A stretch of 64,000 nt of DNA, taken from an uncultured Holophaga sp. GTDB lineage: Bacteria; Acidobacteriota; Holophagae; Holophagales; Holophagaceae. Position 1 is the first letter of the stretch. The number at the start of each line of letters is the position of its first letter. The stretch is from contig OY761614.1 in assembly GCA_963664825.1 (NCBI GenBank), positions 352,001-416,000 of the forward strand, in the 5' to 3' direction. Shown here piece after piece: positions 1 through 8,233 of this stretch. Below the pieces are notes generated by a model, which was given only the letters and a program-made list of their open reading frames with translations, made no database searches and was not told the origin of the DNA. Made by a program: the position numbers and the translations under genes.

Positions 1-2
1 CC

Positions 3-302
3 GCATTCCCCCAAGAGGGCCGCCGGAACCGCTTCCAGCTCCTGGCCAGTCGCTCCGGTCGGGAAGGCAGCCTGGATATCCACCAGGACGCCGAGCTGCA
101 CGTAGCCGACCTGGAGGCCGGGAAGGCGCTGGAATACCTGCTGGCACCTGCCCGCAGCGCCTGGATCCAGGTGGCCCGGGGAGGCATCACCCTGAACGGC
201 CTGAGTCTGGGAGCCGGGGATGGCGCGGCCATTTCCCAGGAAACATCCTTGGACATCGCAGCCGCGGAAGCCTCCCAGCTGCTCCTCTTCGATCTGGCCT
301 GA
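3..302 (+). CDS. Pirin-family (YhhW-like) protein, 3' part only
   Basis: Hand translation ...SLDIHQDAELHV...RSAWIQVARGGITLNGLSLGAGDGAAI...LLLFDLA* matches pirin C-termini; 5' end lies outside the window. Confidence 0.8.
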   Translation, partial: AFPQEGRRNRFQLLASRSGREGSLDIHQDAELHVADLEAGKALEYLLAPARSAWIQVARGGITLNGLSLGAGDGAAISQETSLDIAAAEASQLLLFDLA

Positions 303-303
303 C

Positions 304-1080
304 ATGAGATCTCCCGTCCTCTTCGTCTCCCACGGTTCTCCCGAACTGGCCCTGGCCACGGAACACCCCTGGGCCCGCGCCCTGGCAGGCCTTGGCGAAA
401 ACCTCCAGGCCAGGGCCATCCTGGCCATCTCCGCCCACTGGGGAGCGCCCCAGCTGCGGATCACAACCGCAGCCCATCCCGGTGTCCTCCATGACTTTTC
501 GGGATTCCCCAAGGCGCTTCACGCCCTGGACTACCCGGCCCCCGGGGACCCTGCCCTCGCGGCAGCTGTGGCATCGCGCCTTGAAACCCAGGGCTTCAGC
601 ACCACCCTGGATCCCCACCGCCCCTTCGATCACGGCGTCTGGGCCGTGCTGCGCCATCTGCGGCCCGCCGCCGATCTCCCGGTGCTCCAGCTCTCCCTGC
701 CCCCGTGGGAACCCTCCCGGCTTCTGGAATTGGGCCGGGCCCTGGCCCCCCTTCGGCGGGAAGGCATCGCGCTCCTCGCCAGCGGCGGATTGGTGCACAA
801 CCTGGGGCGCCTGGACTGGGATGAACGCGGCGCCGCAGCCCTGCCCTGGGCGGCGGAGGCGGAGGCCTGGGCGCTGGAGGCGATTCGGAAGGGCGACCTG
901 GAAGCCCTCGCCGCCCACCGCACCCGCTGGCCCCACAGCCGCGACGCCGCCCCCACCACCGAGCACCTGGATCCCCTCTTCCTGGCCCTGGGCGCCACGG
1001 AAGAGGAAACTCCCAGGGAATTCTTCACTGGTTTCCAGCTCGGCAGCCTCAGCCTCACGAGCCTTGCCTGGGGCGCGTGA
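304..1080 (+). CDS. DODA/YgiD-type extradiol dioxygenase (LigB family)
   Basis: LFVSHGSP, ISAHW, HDFSGFP, FDHGVW, SGGLVHNL, PTTEHLDPL; ATG at 304 follows the pirin stop. Confidence 0.88.
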   Translation: MRSPVLFVSHGSPELALATEHPWARALAGLGENLQARAILAISAHWGAPQLRITTAAHPGVLHDFSGFPKALHALDYPAPGDPALAAAVASRLETQGFSTTLDPHRPFDHGVWAVLRHLRPAADLPVLQLSLPPWEPSRLLELGRALAPLRREGIALLASGGLVHNLGRLDWDERGAAALPWAAEAEAWALEAIRKGDLEALAAHRTRWPHSRDAAPTTEHLDPLFLALGATEEETPREFFTGFQLGSLSLTSLAWGA

Positions 1081-1277
1081 TCGTGTCCCGGGCCGCCCAG
1101 CGAAGCCCGAACCAGCAGATCCGAATTCCCACACCTTTCCTTTCTGGCAGCGTTCATCAGTGATCAAAGCCCAAAAGCGAAGGATCGCTGCTCAGCCTGA
1201 TGCGGGAGAGCTGAGCCTGGAATAGGCTTCAAACGAGGCCCGGATCCGTTTTATCCCCTGCATCCCGGCTCAAAATT

Positions 1278-2684
1278 TCACTCGGGATCTGCCATCGGCC
1301 TCGCCACGAGCCTCCGTTCCAGGCTGAAGTGGCCGTTGGCCAGTTTGCCCAGGGCCCGGGCCAGGGCCTCCCGGCTGCACGCGAGCGCCTCGCACCAGGC
1401 ATCCACGGGAACTTCGCCACCACTGGGGTGTTCGTCGATCCAGGCCTTCCAGAGCTCCCCCAGGGCCGCCAGATCGGGTTCCTGGCGATCCTGCCAGTTC
1501 CGTTCCTGGGGCCTGATGGGTTCGAAGAAGCGGGTGCCCCGCAGCTTCTCCGGCAGGAATTCCTGCTTCCGATCGTAGTCCTGGTGGCTGTAGAAGTAGC
1601 CCTTGCCCCGGCCCGCGCCGCGGCTCACGGCCGTGTGGGCGTCCCTCAAGGATTCGGGCACGGGATAATCCTCGGCAGCCAGAGCTGCGTCGATGGCCGC
1701 GATGGTGGCATTGCTCTTGGGCGCATTGGCCACATAGATCACGGCCTGGGCCAAAGGGATGCGGGCCTCGGGCCAGCCGATGCGCTCCACGGCGCGACTG
1801 GCGGTCTCGGCCAGGACGAAGGCCTGGGGATCGGCGTTGCCCACATCCTCGGCGGCACAGACCATGAGGCGCCGGGCGATGAAGCGGGGATCCTCGCCCC
1901 CGCGGATCATGCGGCTGAAGTAGTAGAGGGCCGCGTCCGCATCCGAGCCCCGCAGGCTCTTCTGGAAGGCCGAAGCCAAATCATAGTGGCCGTCGGCCCG
2001 GTCGTACATCATGCGCCCGCCTAGGGCCTCCTGGAGCACGGCCAGTTTGCGTTCGCCAGCTTCCAGATTCAGCCAGGTCTCCAGGCCCGTGAGCGCCGAG
2101 CGCAGATCGCCCCCGGCCCAGCGGCTGAGCCATTCCAACGCCTCCTGGGGTTCCGGTTCAGGGCACTCCCGGGCCCAGGCCCGGCGCAGGATGACGAGGA
2201 TTTCCTCGGGAGCGATGAGTTCGAGCGCCAGCAGCTGGCAGCGGCTGCGCAGGGCCGGATTCAGGTAGAAGGCCGGGTTCTCCGTGGTGGCCCCCACCAG
2301 GATGGCTTCGCCTCGCTCCAGGTAGGGCAGCAGGATGTCCTGTTGGGAGCGGTTGTAGCGGTGGATCTCGTCCAGGAAGACCACGGGCGCCGCGGCGCGG
2401 AAGAGGGGCATGTCCTTGGAATCAGAGAGGAATTTCTTGAGCTCGGCGGCGCTGCCTGTGGCCCCTGAAAATTCCAGGAAGGGGTGACCCGTGGCCTGGG
2501 CCAGGATGCGGGCCAGAGTGGTCTTACCCGTGCCCGGCGGGCCCCAGAAGACCAGGGAAGGCAGGCGCCCCCCGGCCAGCAGCTTGCGCAGCACGCCGGA
2601 CTTCCCCAGCAGGCGCGGCTGGCCCACCACCTCGTCGAGGCTCTGGGGGCGCATCCTTTCGGCAAGCGGGATATGGGATGACAT
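1278..2684 (-). CDS. rarA: Replication-associated recombination protein A (MgsA/RarA AAA+ ATPase)
   Basis: PLAERMRP, GPPGTGKT, LDEIHR, GATTENP, KSLRGSDADAA, EDVGNADP, GWPEARIPL. Confidence 0.95.
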   Translation of the reverse strand: MSSHIPLAERMRPQSLDEVVGQPRLLGKSGVLRKLLAGGRLPSLVFWGPPGTGKTTLARILAQATGHPFLEFSGATGSAAELKKFLSDSKDMPLFRAAAPVVFLDEIHRYNRSQQDILLPYLERGEAILVGATTENPAFYLNPALRSRCQLLALELIAPEEILVILRRAWARECPEPEPQEALEWLSRWAGGDLRSALTGLETWLNLEAGERKLAVLQEALGGRMMYDRADGHYDLASAFQKSLRGSDADAALYYFSRMIRGGEDPRFIARRLMVCAAEDVGNADPQAFVLAETASRAVERIGWPEARIPLAQAVIYVANAPKSNATIAAIDAALAAEDYPVPESLRDAHTAVSRGAGRGKGYFYSHQDYDRKQEFLPEKLRGTRFFEPIRPQERNWQDRQEPDLAALGELWKAWIDEHPSGGEVPVDAWCEALACSREALARALGKLANGHFSLERRLVARPMADPE

Positions 2685-2834
2685 TCAATAGACTCCGGCC
2701 CTTCCAGCCTACTCTGCCCTATGGGCGCATGCGCCTCCTGCCAATGGGATGTAGGAAGACATTCCGGACTCAGGGAGAAGGGCTGGAAGCAAGATGGCCT
2801 TCCCCGAAAGCGCCGCTGAGGGGACCATGGAGCC

Positions 2835-4544
2835 ATGACATGGCCTTCCCTTGAAACCTGCGATCGCCTCCGGCACTGGTTCCGTGAGAACCGTGTGCCC
2901 CTGCTCTTCCTGCTCCTGCTGCTGGCCATGGTGCCCATGCGGGATCTCTGGTCTCCGGATGAACCCGACTTCGCCCAGTGCGTGCGCGAGATGCGGGAGC
3001 GGGGCACCTGGATGCTGCCCTACCTCAACGGCCAGCCCTACAACGAGAAGCCGATCCTCTTCTACTGGCTGATGAAGGGCTGCGCCCTCGCGGGGGAACG
3101 GCTCACGGGAGGGTTCGGGTTCACCCACGGCATCGCCGCCTGGGCCCTGCGCCTGCCCTCCATCCTCGCCGCCGGGGCCTTCGTGTTCGCCTTCCGGGCC
3201 TGGGCCGCACGCTTCTGGAAAAAGGGGGCCACGGAAAGCGCCGTGATGGTGCTGGCCGCCACGCCCATCTGGATCTGGCAGGCCCAGTTCATCCAGATCG
3301 ATATGCTCTTCGCCGCGCTGGTGGCCTGGAGCTGGCTGGCCTGGCTGGGAGGCTATCTTCTCCTTCGGGGGGAGGTCGAGGGGAAGAGTCCTAGCGAAGG
3401 GGGACGCTGGTTCCTCATGGCCTATGTCTGCCTGGCCCTGGCCTTCCTGGCCAAGGGGCCCCTGGCCCTCGTGCTCTCCACCGCCCTGCTGCTGGCCTTC
3501 CTGGCCTGGCAGAGGGACTTCAAGGCCCTGACTCAGATGCGCCTGGGATGGGGACTCCTGCTGATCCTGGCCCTCGTGTCCCCCTGGTACGCGGCGGCGG
3601 GCATCCAGGGCGGACCCGCCTACGCCTACCAGATGATCGTCCACCAGAATCTCGAACGGGCCCTGAAGGCCTGGGACCACATCCAGCCCTGGTGGCGCTA
3701 CGGCGAATACATGGCCGGGGACTTCTTCCCCTGGACCCTGCTGCTGCCCTCCCTGGTCCTCTTCCTGAGGCGGGACGAGGCCCATCGACGGCCCGTGAAC
3801 CGCTTTCTCATGCTGGCCGTGGTCGTCCCCCTTGTGCTGTTCTCCTGTGCCCAGAGCAAGCAGGGCAAGTACATCCTCATGGTCTATCCCTTCCTCGCCC
3901 TGCTGATGGCCGGCATGGCGCGGGATTTGGCGGAGACCGAGCCTTCCCGCCGAGCCCGGCGCCTGGGTTCCCTGATTGCCGGGGCCCTGGGCCTGCCCGC
4001 CCTTGGCCTCGTGGCCGTCACCTTTCTGAATGCGGGAGGCCATCGGCTCCAGGCCCAGATGGCGCCCTACCTGGGGCCCGCCCGGCTGGGGGCCCTCCTG
4101 CTGCTAGCGGGGGCCTTGGTCCTGGCCCTCGGCGCCTGGCGGAGGACCGCCCACCATCTGGTCCGGAATAGCGCGATGACCCTCGGCCTGGTCTTCCTGG
4201 TGGCGGGCACCTGGGGCTTCCATCGCCTGGATCCCCACAAGGGATACCGGAATTGGACAGCGGCTGTGCGCCCGCTCATCCAGGGCCGCCAGGTCCACTA
4301 CTGGCAGACCATCCGCAGCGGCGCCATGGTCTACACCGATCAGCAGATGCCCGAACTGCGGACGGCGGAGGAACTGGACGCCCTGGCTCCGGGGGCACTC
4401 CTGGTGGCCTCGGGCCGGGACTGGCCCTCCCCGGAAGGCGGCCTGACGGAGGCCCACCGCGCCCGCTTCGAAGTCCTCCTGCGGATGCCCGTGGGGGGTG
4501 GCGAGTTCATGCTCTTGAAAAAGACGGAGACGTGTCTGCGATGA
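2835..4544 (+). CDS. ArnT/PMT-family (GT-C) glycosyltransferase
   Basis: LWSPDEP.F...REM, PYLNGQPY.EKP.LFYW, AFLAKGP, SKQGKYIL; many TM segments. Confidence 0.88.
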   Translation: MTWPSLETCDRLRHWFRENRVPLLFLLLLLAMVPMRDLWSPDEPDFAQCVREMRERGTWMLPYLNGQPYNEKPILFYWLMKGCALAGERLTGGFGFTHGIAAWALRLPSILAAGAFVFAFRAWAARFWKKGATESAVMVLAATPIWIWQAQFIQIDMLFAALVAWSWLAWLGGYLLLRGEVEGKSPSEGGRWFLMAYVCLALAFLAKGPLALVLSTALLLAFLAWQRDFKALTQMRLGWGLLLILALVSPWYAAAGIQGGPAYAYQMIVHQNLERALKAWDHIQPWWRYGEYMAGDFFPWTLLLPSLVLFLRRDEAHRRPVNRFLMLAVVVPLVLFSCAQSKQGKYILMVYPFLALLMAGMARDLAETEPSRRARRLGSLIAGALGLPALGLVAVTFLNAGGHRLQAQMAPYLGPARLGALLLLAGALVLALGAWRRTAHHLVRNSAMTLGLVFLVAGTWGFHRLDPHKGYRNWTAAVRPLIQGRQVHYWQTIRSGAMVYTDQQMPELRTAEELDALAPGALLVASGRDWPSPEGGLTEAHRARFEVLLRMPVGGGEFMLLKKTETCLR

Positions 4545-4948
4545 ATCCCTACCTGAAGTCCCTGCCCCTCATCCTGGCCGGCGTGCTCCTCAACGCCTTC
4601 GCCCAGATCGCCATCAAGAAGGCGGTGAGCGCCGCAGGCATCCAATGGACCCCGCCCGCACTGCTGCACCTCTTCCTCCACCCCTGGATGCTCACCTGCC
4701 TGGGCTGCTACGCCGTCAGCGTGGTCCTATGGGCTGGCGTGGCGCACATGGTGGACATGAACTACGCCTACCCCTTCCTGGCCTTAGGTTTCCTGGCCGT
4801 TGCGCTGATGTCCCGGGCCTTCCTGGCGGAGCGGATCCCGCCCCTGCGCTGGGTGGCTCTCGCCATCATCATCCTGGGAGTGGGACTCCAGGCCTTCACC
4901 GCCCCCAGCCACACCCCTCCGCCCCATCCGGAGCCAACCACGAAATAG
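4541..4948 (+). CDS. Small EamA/SMR (ArnE/ArnF-like) flippase subunit
   Basis: ATGA overlap with the upstream gene; GVLLNAFAQIAIK, YAVSVVLW, YAYPFLALG, FLAERI; about 4 TM. Confidence 0.8.
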   Translation: MNPYLKSLPLILAGVLLNAFAQIAIKKAVSAAGIQWTPPALLHLFLHPWMLTCLGCYAVSVVLWAGVAHMVDMNYAYPFLALGFLAVALMSRAFLAERIPPLRWVALAIIILGVGLQAFTAPSHTPPPHPEPTTK

Positions 4949-5000
4949 GCGGCCACGGAAGGGATGTTGTACCCGGCCGACGGGGATAGAATCCATTGCG

Positions 5001-6119
5001 ATGCCATCTTCATCCAAGTTCCGAGCCCTGCCCATCGACTGGCCGCTCCCCGGCCAGGATCCGAAGGATGTGCGCATCCTGGTGCTGGATGACCAGGAGA
5101 TCATCCGCGTCCAGCTCAAGCGCATCCTGAAGAAGAACGGATTCACGACCCTGGAGGCCTCGGACGCCCACGCCGCCCTGGAGATCCTCAACCGGGAGCC
5201 CGTGGATCTCCTCCTCAGCGATATCCGCATGCCCGGAATGACGGGGCTGGATCTGGTGCACGCCCTGGCCCACCGCATGCCGGATATCGCCGTGGTCATG
5301 GTGAGCGGCATGGACAACCTGGAGATGGCCATGGAGTGCCTGCAATTCGGCGCCTACGGCTACGTGCTGAAGCCCTTCAAGACCAGCGGCATCCTCATCG
5401 CCGTGGCCAATGCCCTGAGGCGCCGCATGCTGGAGCTGGAACACAGGGATCGGGAGGAGATTCTCGCCCGCAAAGTGCGGGAACAGACCGAGGAGATCCG
5501 CGCCAGCCGGGAGGAAATCTCGTACCGGCTCCTCTCCGCCAGTGAGCACCGGGATAACGAGACCGGCGCCCACGTGCGGCGCATCGGTCTCTTCGCCGCC
5601 CAGATGACCCGCCTCCTGGGTTGGGACACCGAGGGCGTGGATTGCATCCTGGCCGCCGCGCCCATGCACGATATCGGCAAGATCGGTGTGCCCGACCGCA
5701 TCCTCCAGAAGGGCGGGCCCCTCACGGACGAGGAGTGGATCCTCATGAAGACCCACACCACCATGGGCGCCAATATCCTGCGGGATTCATCCGTGCCCTT
5801 CATTCAGATGGGGGCCCGCATCGCCGCCAGCCATCACGAGCGCTTCGATGGCACGGGCTACCCCATGGGTCTCAAGGGCACCCAGATCCCCCTCGAGGGT
5901 CGACTCATCAGCCTGGTGGATGTGTATGACGCCCTCTGCAGCAAGCGGGTCTACAAGCCGGCTTGGACCGAGGAGGAGACTCTCGGCTACCTCCAGGAAC
6001 AGGGGGGCAAGCACTTCGATCCGGAGATCCTGGGCCTCTTCCTGGGCCACTACGATCTGTTCCACCAGATCTTCCGCGATCATCCGGATCAGTACGCCCC
6101 CCAGGAACTGGCCCGGTAG
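5001..6119 (+). CDS. Response regulator with HD-GYP c-di-GMP phosphodiesterase domain
   Basis: REC domain (ILVLDD, SDIRMPGMTG, KPF) plus RDNETGAHV.RI, HDIGKIG, HHERFDGTGYP. Confidence 0.92.
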   Translation: MPSSSKFRALPIDWPLPGQDPKDVRILVLDDQEIIRVQLKRILKKNGFTTLEASDAHAALEILNREPVDLLLSDIRMPGMTGLDLVHALAHRMPDIAVVMVSGMDNLEMAMECLQFGAYGYVLKPFKTSGILIAVANALRRRMLELEHRDREEILARKVREQTEEIRASREEISYRLLSASEHRDNETGAHVRRIGLFAAQMTRLLGWDTEGVDCILAAAPMHDIGKIGVPDRILQKGGPLTDEEWILMKTHTTMGANILRDSSVPFIQMGARIAASHHERFDGTGYPMGLKGTQIPLEGRLISLVDVYDALCSKRVYKPAWTEEETLGYLQEQGGKHFDPEILGLFLGHYDLFHQIFRDHPDQYAPQELAR

Positions 6120-6139
6120 TCTGCGTTTCCTCCGGGAGA

Positions 6140-6155
6140 TGTGACCTCCCTCACG
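6140..6155. promoter_or_regulatory. Candidate CRP/FNR-family site upstream of buk
   Basis: TGTGA-CCTCCC-TCACG, one mismatch to TGTGA-N6-TCACA. Confidence 0.4.
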
Positions 6156-6271
6156 GGCCCGAAGCCCGCCGTTACAGGAAAATAGCCATGGATTTAAGGG
6201 GTTCCGAGCCTAAAAGCCGCCCCTCCATCTCGTAATCACAGCGTTCTCGCCAGCTGGCCGTGGAGGTTTGC

Positions 6272-7384
6272 ATGTCCCAACCCAAGAAGGCATACCGGGT
6301 GCTCGCCATCAATCCAGGCTCCACCTCCACCAAGATCGCGGTGTACGAAGGGGACCAGGAGCGCTTCACCAAGGAATTGAAGCACAGCCCCGAGGAACTC
6401 CGGCCCTTCGACGGCAAGCCCATCACCGAGCAATTCCATTTCCGCAAGGACGCCATCGAGAAGTTCCTCCACGAGAGCGGCTTCAACATCCAGGATATCG
6501 ACGCAGTCTCAGGCCGCGGCGGGCTGCTGCATCCCATGCCCCACGGCACCTTCCAGGTCAACGCGCCCATGATTGCCGACCTCAAGGTGGGCATCCAGGG
6601 TCAGCACGCCTCCAACCTGGGCGGCCTCATCGCCCACGAACTGATGGAGGGCACCGGCAAGCCCGCCTTCATCGTGGACCCCGTCGTGGTCGACGAAGTG
6701 GCCGAACGGGTGAAGATCACCGGCCTCAAGCAGATCCGCCGCCAGGTCATCAGCCACCCCCTGAACCAGATCGCCACCGGCCACCGTTATGCCGAAGAGC
6801 AGGGCACGAGCTACGAGCAGCTCAATCTCATCGTGGCCCACATGGGCGGCGGCATCAGCGTCGGCGCCCACCGGAAGGGCCACTATGTGGACGTGAATAA
6901 TGCCCTGGGCGGCGAAGGCCCCTTCACCCCGGAGCGCGCGGGCTCCCTGCCCGGCTTCCAGCTAGTGGATCTGTGTTTCTCCGGCCAGTACACCCAGGCG
7001 CAGATCAAGAAGCTGCTGGTGGGCAAGGGCGGCCTCATGGACCTGCTGGGCACCACGAACCTGATGGAACTGGAAAACCGCTACGTCGCCGGGGATGCCC
7101 ACGTGATCGCCATCCTGGACGCCATGGCCTACGGCGTGGCCAAGGAGATCTCCAGCCTCTGGCCCGCCTTCGACGGGGAACCCGTGGACCAGATCCTCAT
7201 CACCGGCGGCATCGCCCGCTGCAAGCCCACGGTCGCCTATATCCAGAAGTGCCTGGCCGCCCTGCCTGCGGGCATCAGCGTCTACCCCGGCGAGAACGAG
7301 ATGCTAGCCCTGGTCATGGGCGCCCTGCGGGTGCTCAACGGCCAGGAGACCGCCAAGGTCTACGCACCATCCAGCGTCCGCTGA
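6272..7384 (+). CDS. buk: Butyrate (branched-chain fatty acid) kinase
   Basis: INPGSTSTK, GRGGLL.P, HASNLG, IVDPVVVDE, HMGGGISV, GPFTPERAG, PGENEM; GGAGG before ATG 6272. Confidence 0.93.
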   Translation: MSQPKKAYRVLAINPGSTSTKIAVYEGDQERFTKELKHSPEELRPFDGKPITEQFHFRKDAIEKFLHESGFNIQDIDAVSGRGGLLHPMPHGTFQVNAPMIADLKVGIQGQHASNLGGLIAHELMEGTGKPAFIVDPVVVDEVAERVKITGLKQIRRQVISHPLNQIATGHRYAEEQGTSYEQLNLIVAHMGGGISVGAHRKGHYVDVNNALGGEGPFTPERAGSLPGFQLVDLCFSGQYTQAQIKKLLVGKGGLMDLLGTTNLMELENRYVAGDAHVIAILDAMAYGVAKEISSLWPAFDGEPVDQILITGGIARCKPTVAYIQKCLAALPAGISVYPGENEMLALVMGALRVLNGQETAKVYAPSSVR

Positions 7385-7595
7385 ACCCCACGGCCTTTCA
7401 CTCCTGGTCCCCAGGGCCGGGAGAGTCATGTACGACCCCAACCCTACGGCAATCCTGTGACAATTCTCAGAGAGATACACCCCAGCGTCATGGCGATGTA
7501 AAAAAGCGTCTACATCACAATAATAAGTAAACCGCTACCCCCTCTCACGCGTGAAACTTTTCCAGGGATGATTTCCCATTTCCCAAGGAGTTTCC

Positions 7596-8105
7596 ATGAA
7601 ATCTGTTCGCACTCTCCTCACCGGGCTTCTGCTCATTGGAAGCTGTAGCCTCTTCGCGGGCGACTACGACTCGCTTTTTAAGACTGTAAAAGCCAACTGG
7701 CCCAACAGGAAAATGGCAGCTGTCGTCTGTGACCTAGAAATGAGCCGCTTCGCTGTCGCGGATCTGGCTGCGGCCGCCCATGCAGCAGGCATTTCTCTGC
7801 AGGCTGTGAATGTGAAGGCAGACAAGGATGTGGACGCGGCCAAGACCTCCATCTACAACATGCGTCCCGATTTCATCGTAATGGTGGACTCCGATCCCGT
7901 CCTTGGTATCCATGGCAAGCTAACCAAGTCCTTCATCTCCAGCGCCTTGAATATCGGTGTCCCATCCGTAAGTACCCACGGGGACTTCCTGAAGGTCGGC
8001 GGCGTCCTGGCTGTGGGGCCTAAAACCGAGGGAAAGGTTCTGGCCAGCGGCAGGCTGACCAAGTCCCTGCGCCTGAAGGTCCCCGAAGGCACGACGCTCC
8101 AGTAG
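7596..8105 (+). CDS. Secreted protein resembling one lobe of an ABC-type substrate-binding protein (YfiR-like)
   Basis: AAGGAG RBS, signal peptide, alpha/beta pattern ending GGVLAV...SLRLKVP. Confidence 0.55.
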   Translation: MKSVRTLLTGLLLIGSCSLFAGDYDSLFKTVKANWPNRKMAAVVCDLEMSRFAVADLAAAAHAAGISLQAVNVKADKDVDAAKTSIYNMRPDFIVMVDSDPVLGIHGKLTKSFISSALNIGVPSVSTHGDFLKVGGVLAVGPKTEGKVLASGRLTKSLRLKVPEGTTLQ

Positions 8106-8117
8106 CCCGCCCCTCTT

Positions 8118-8154
8118 CAAAGGCCCAGGCCACCTCAAGCCGCCTGGGCCTTTG
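8118..8154. terminator. Intrinsic terminator-like hairpin
   Basis: 13-bp perfect inverted repeat CAAAGGCCCAGGC / GCCTGGGCCTTTG. Confidence 0.7.
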
Positions 8155-8233
8155 GCTGTACATCCCACCTCCCCATCTGCCACATCCATAACTCCTACTA
8201 CCCGAACGCGCCGCTTTCTGTTTGGCTGGTGGT

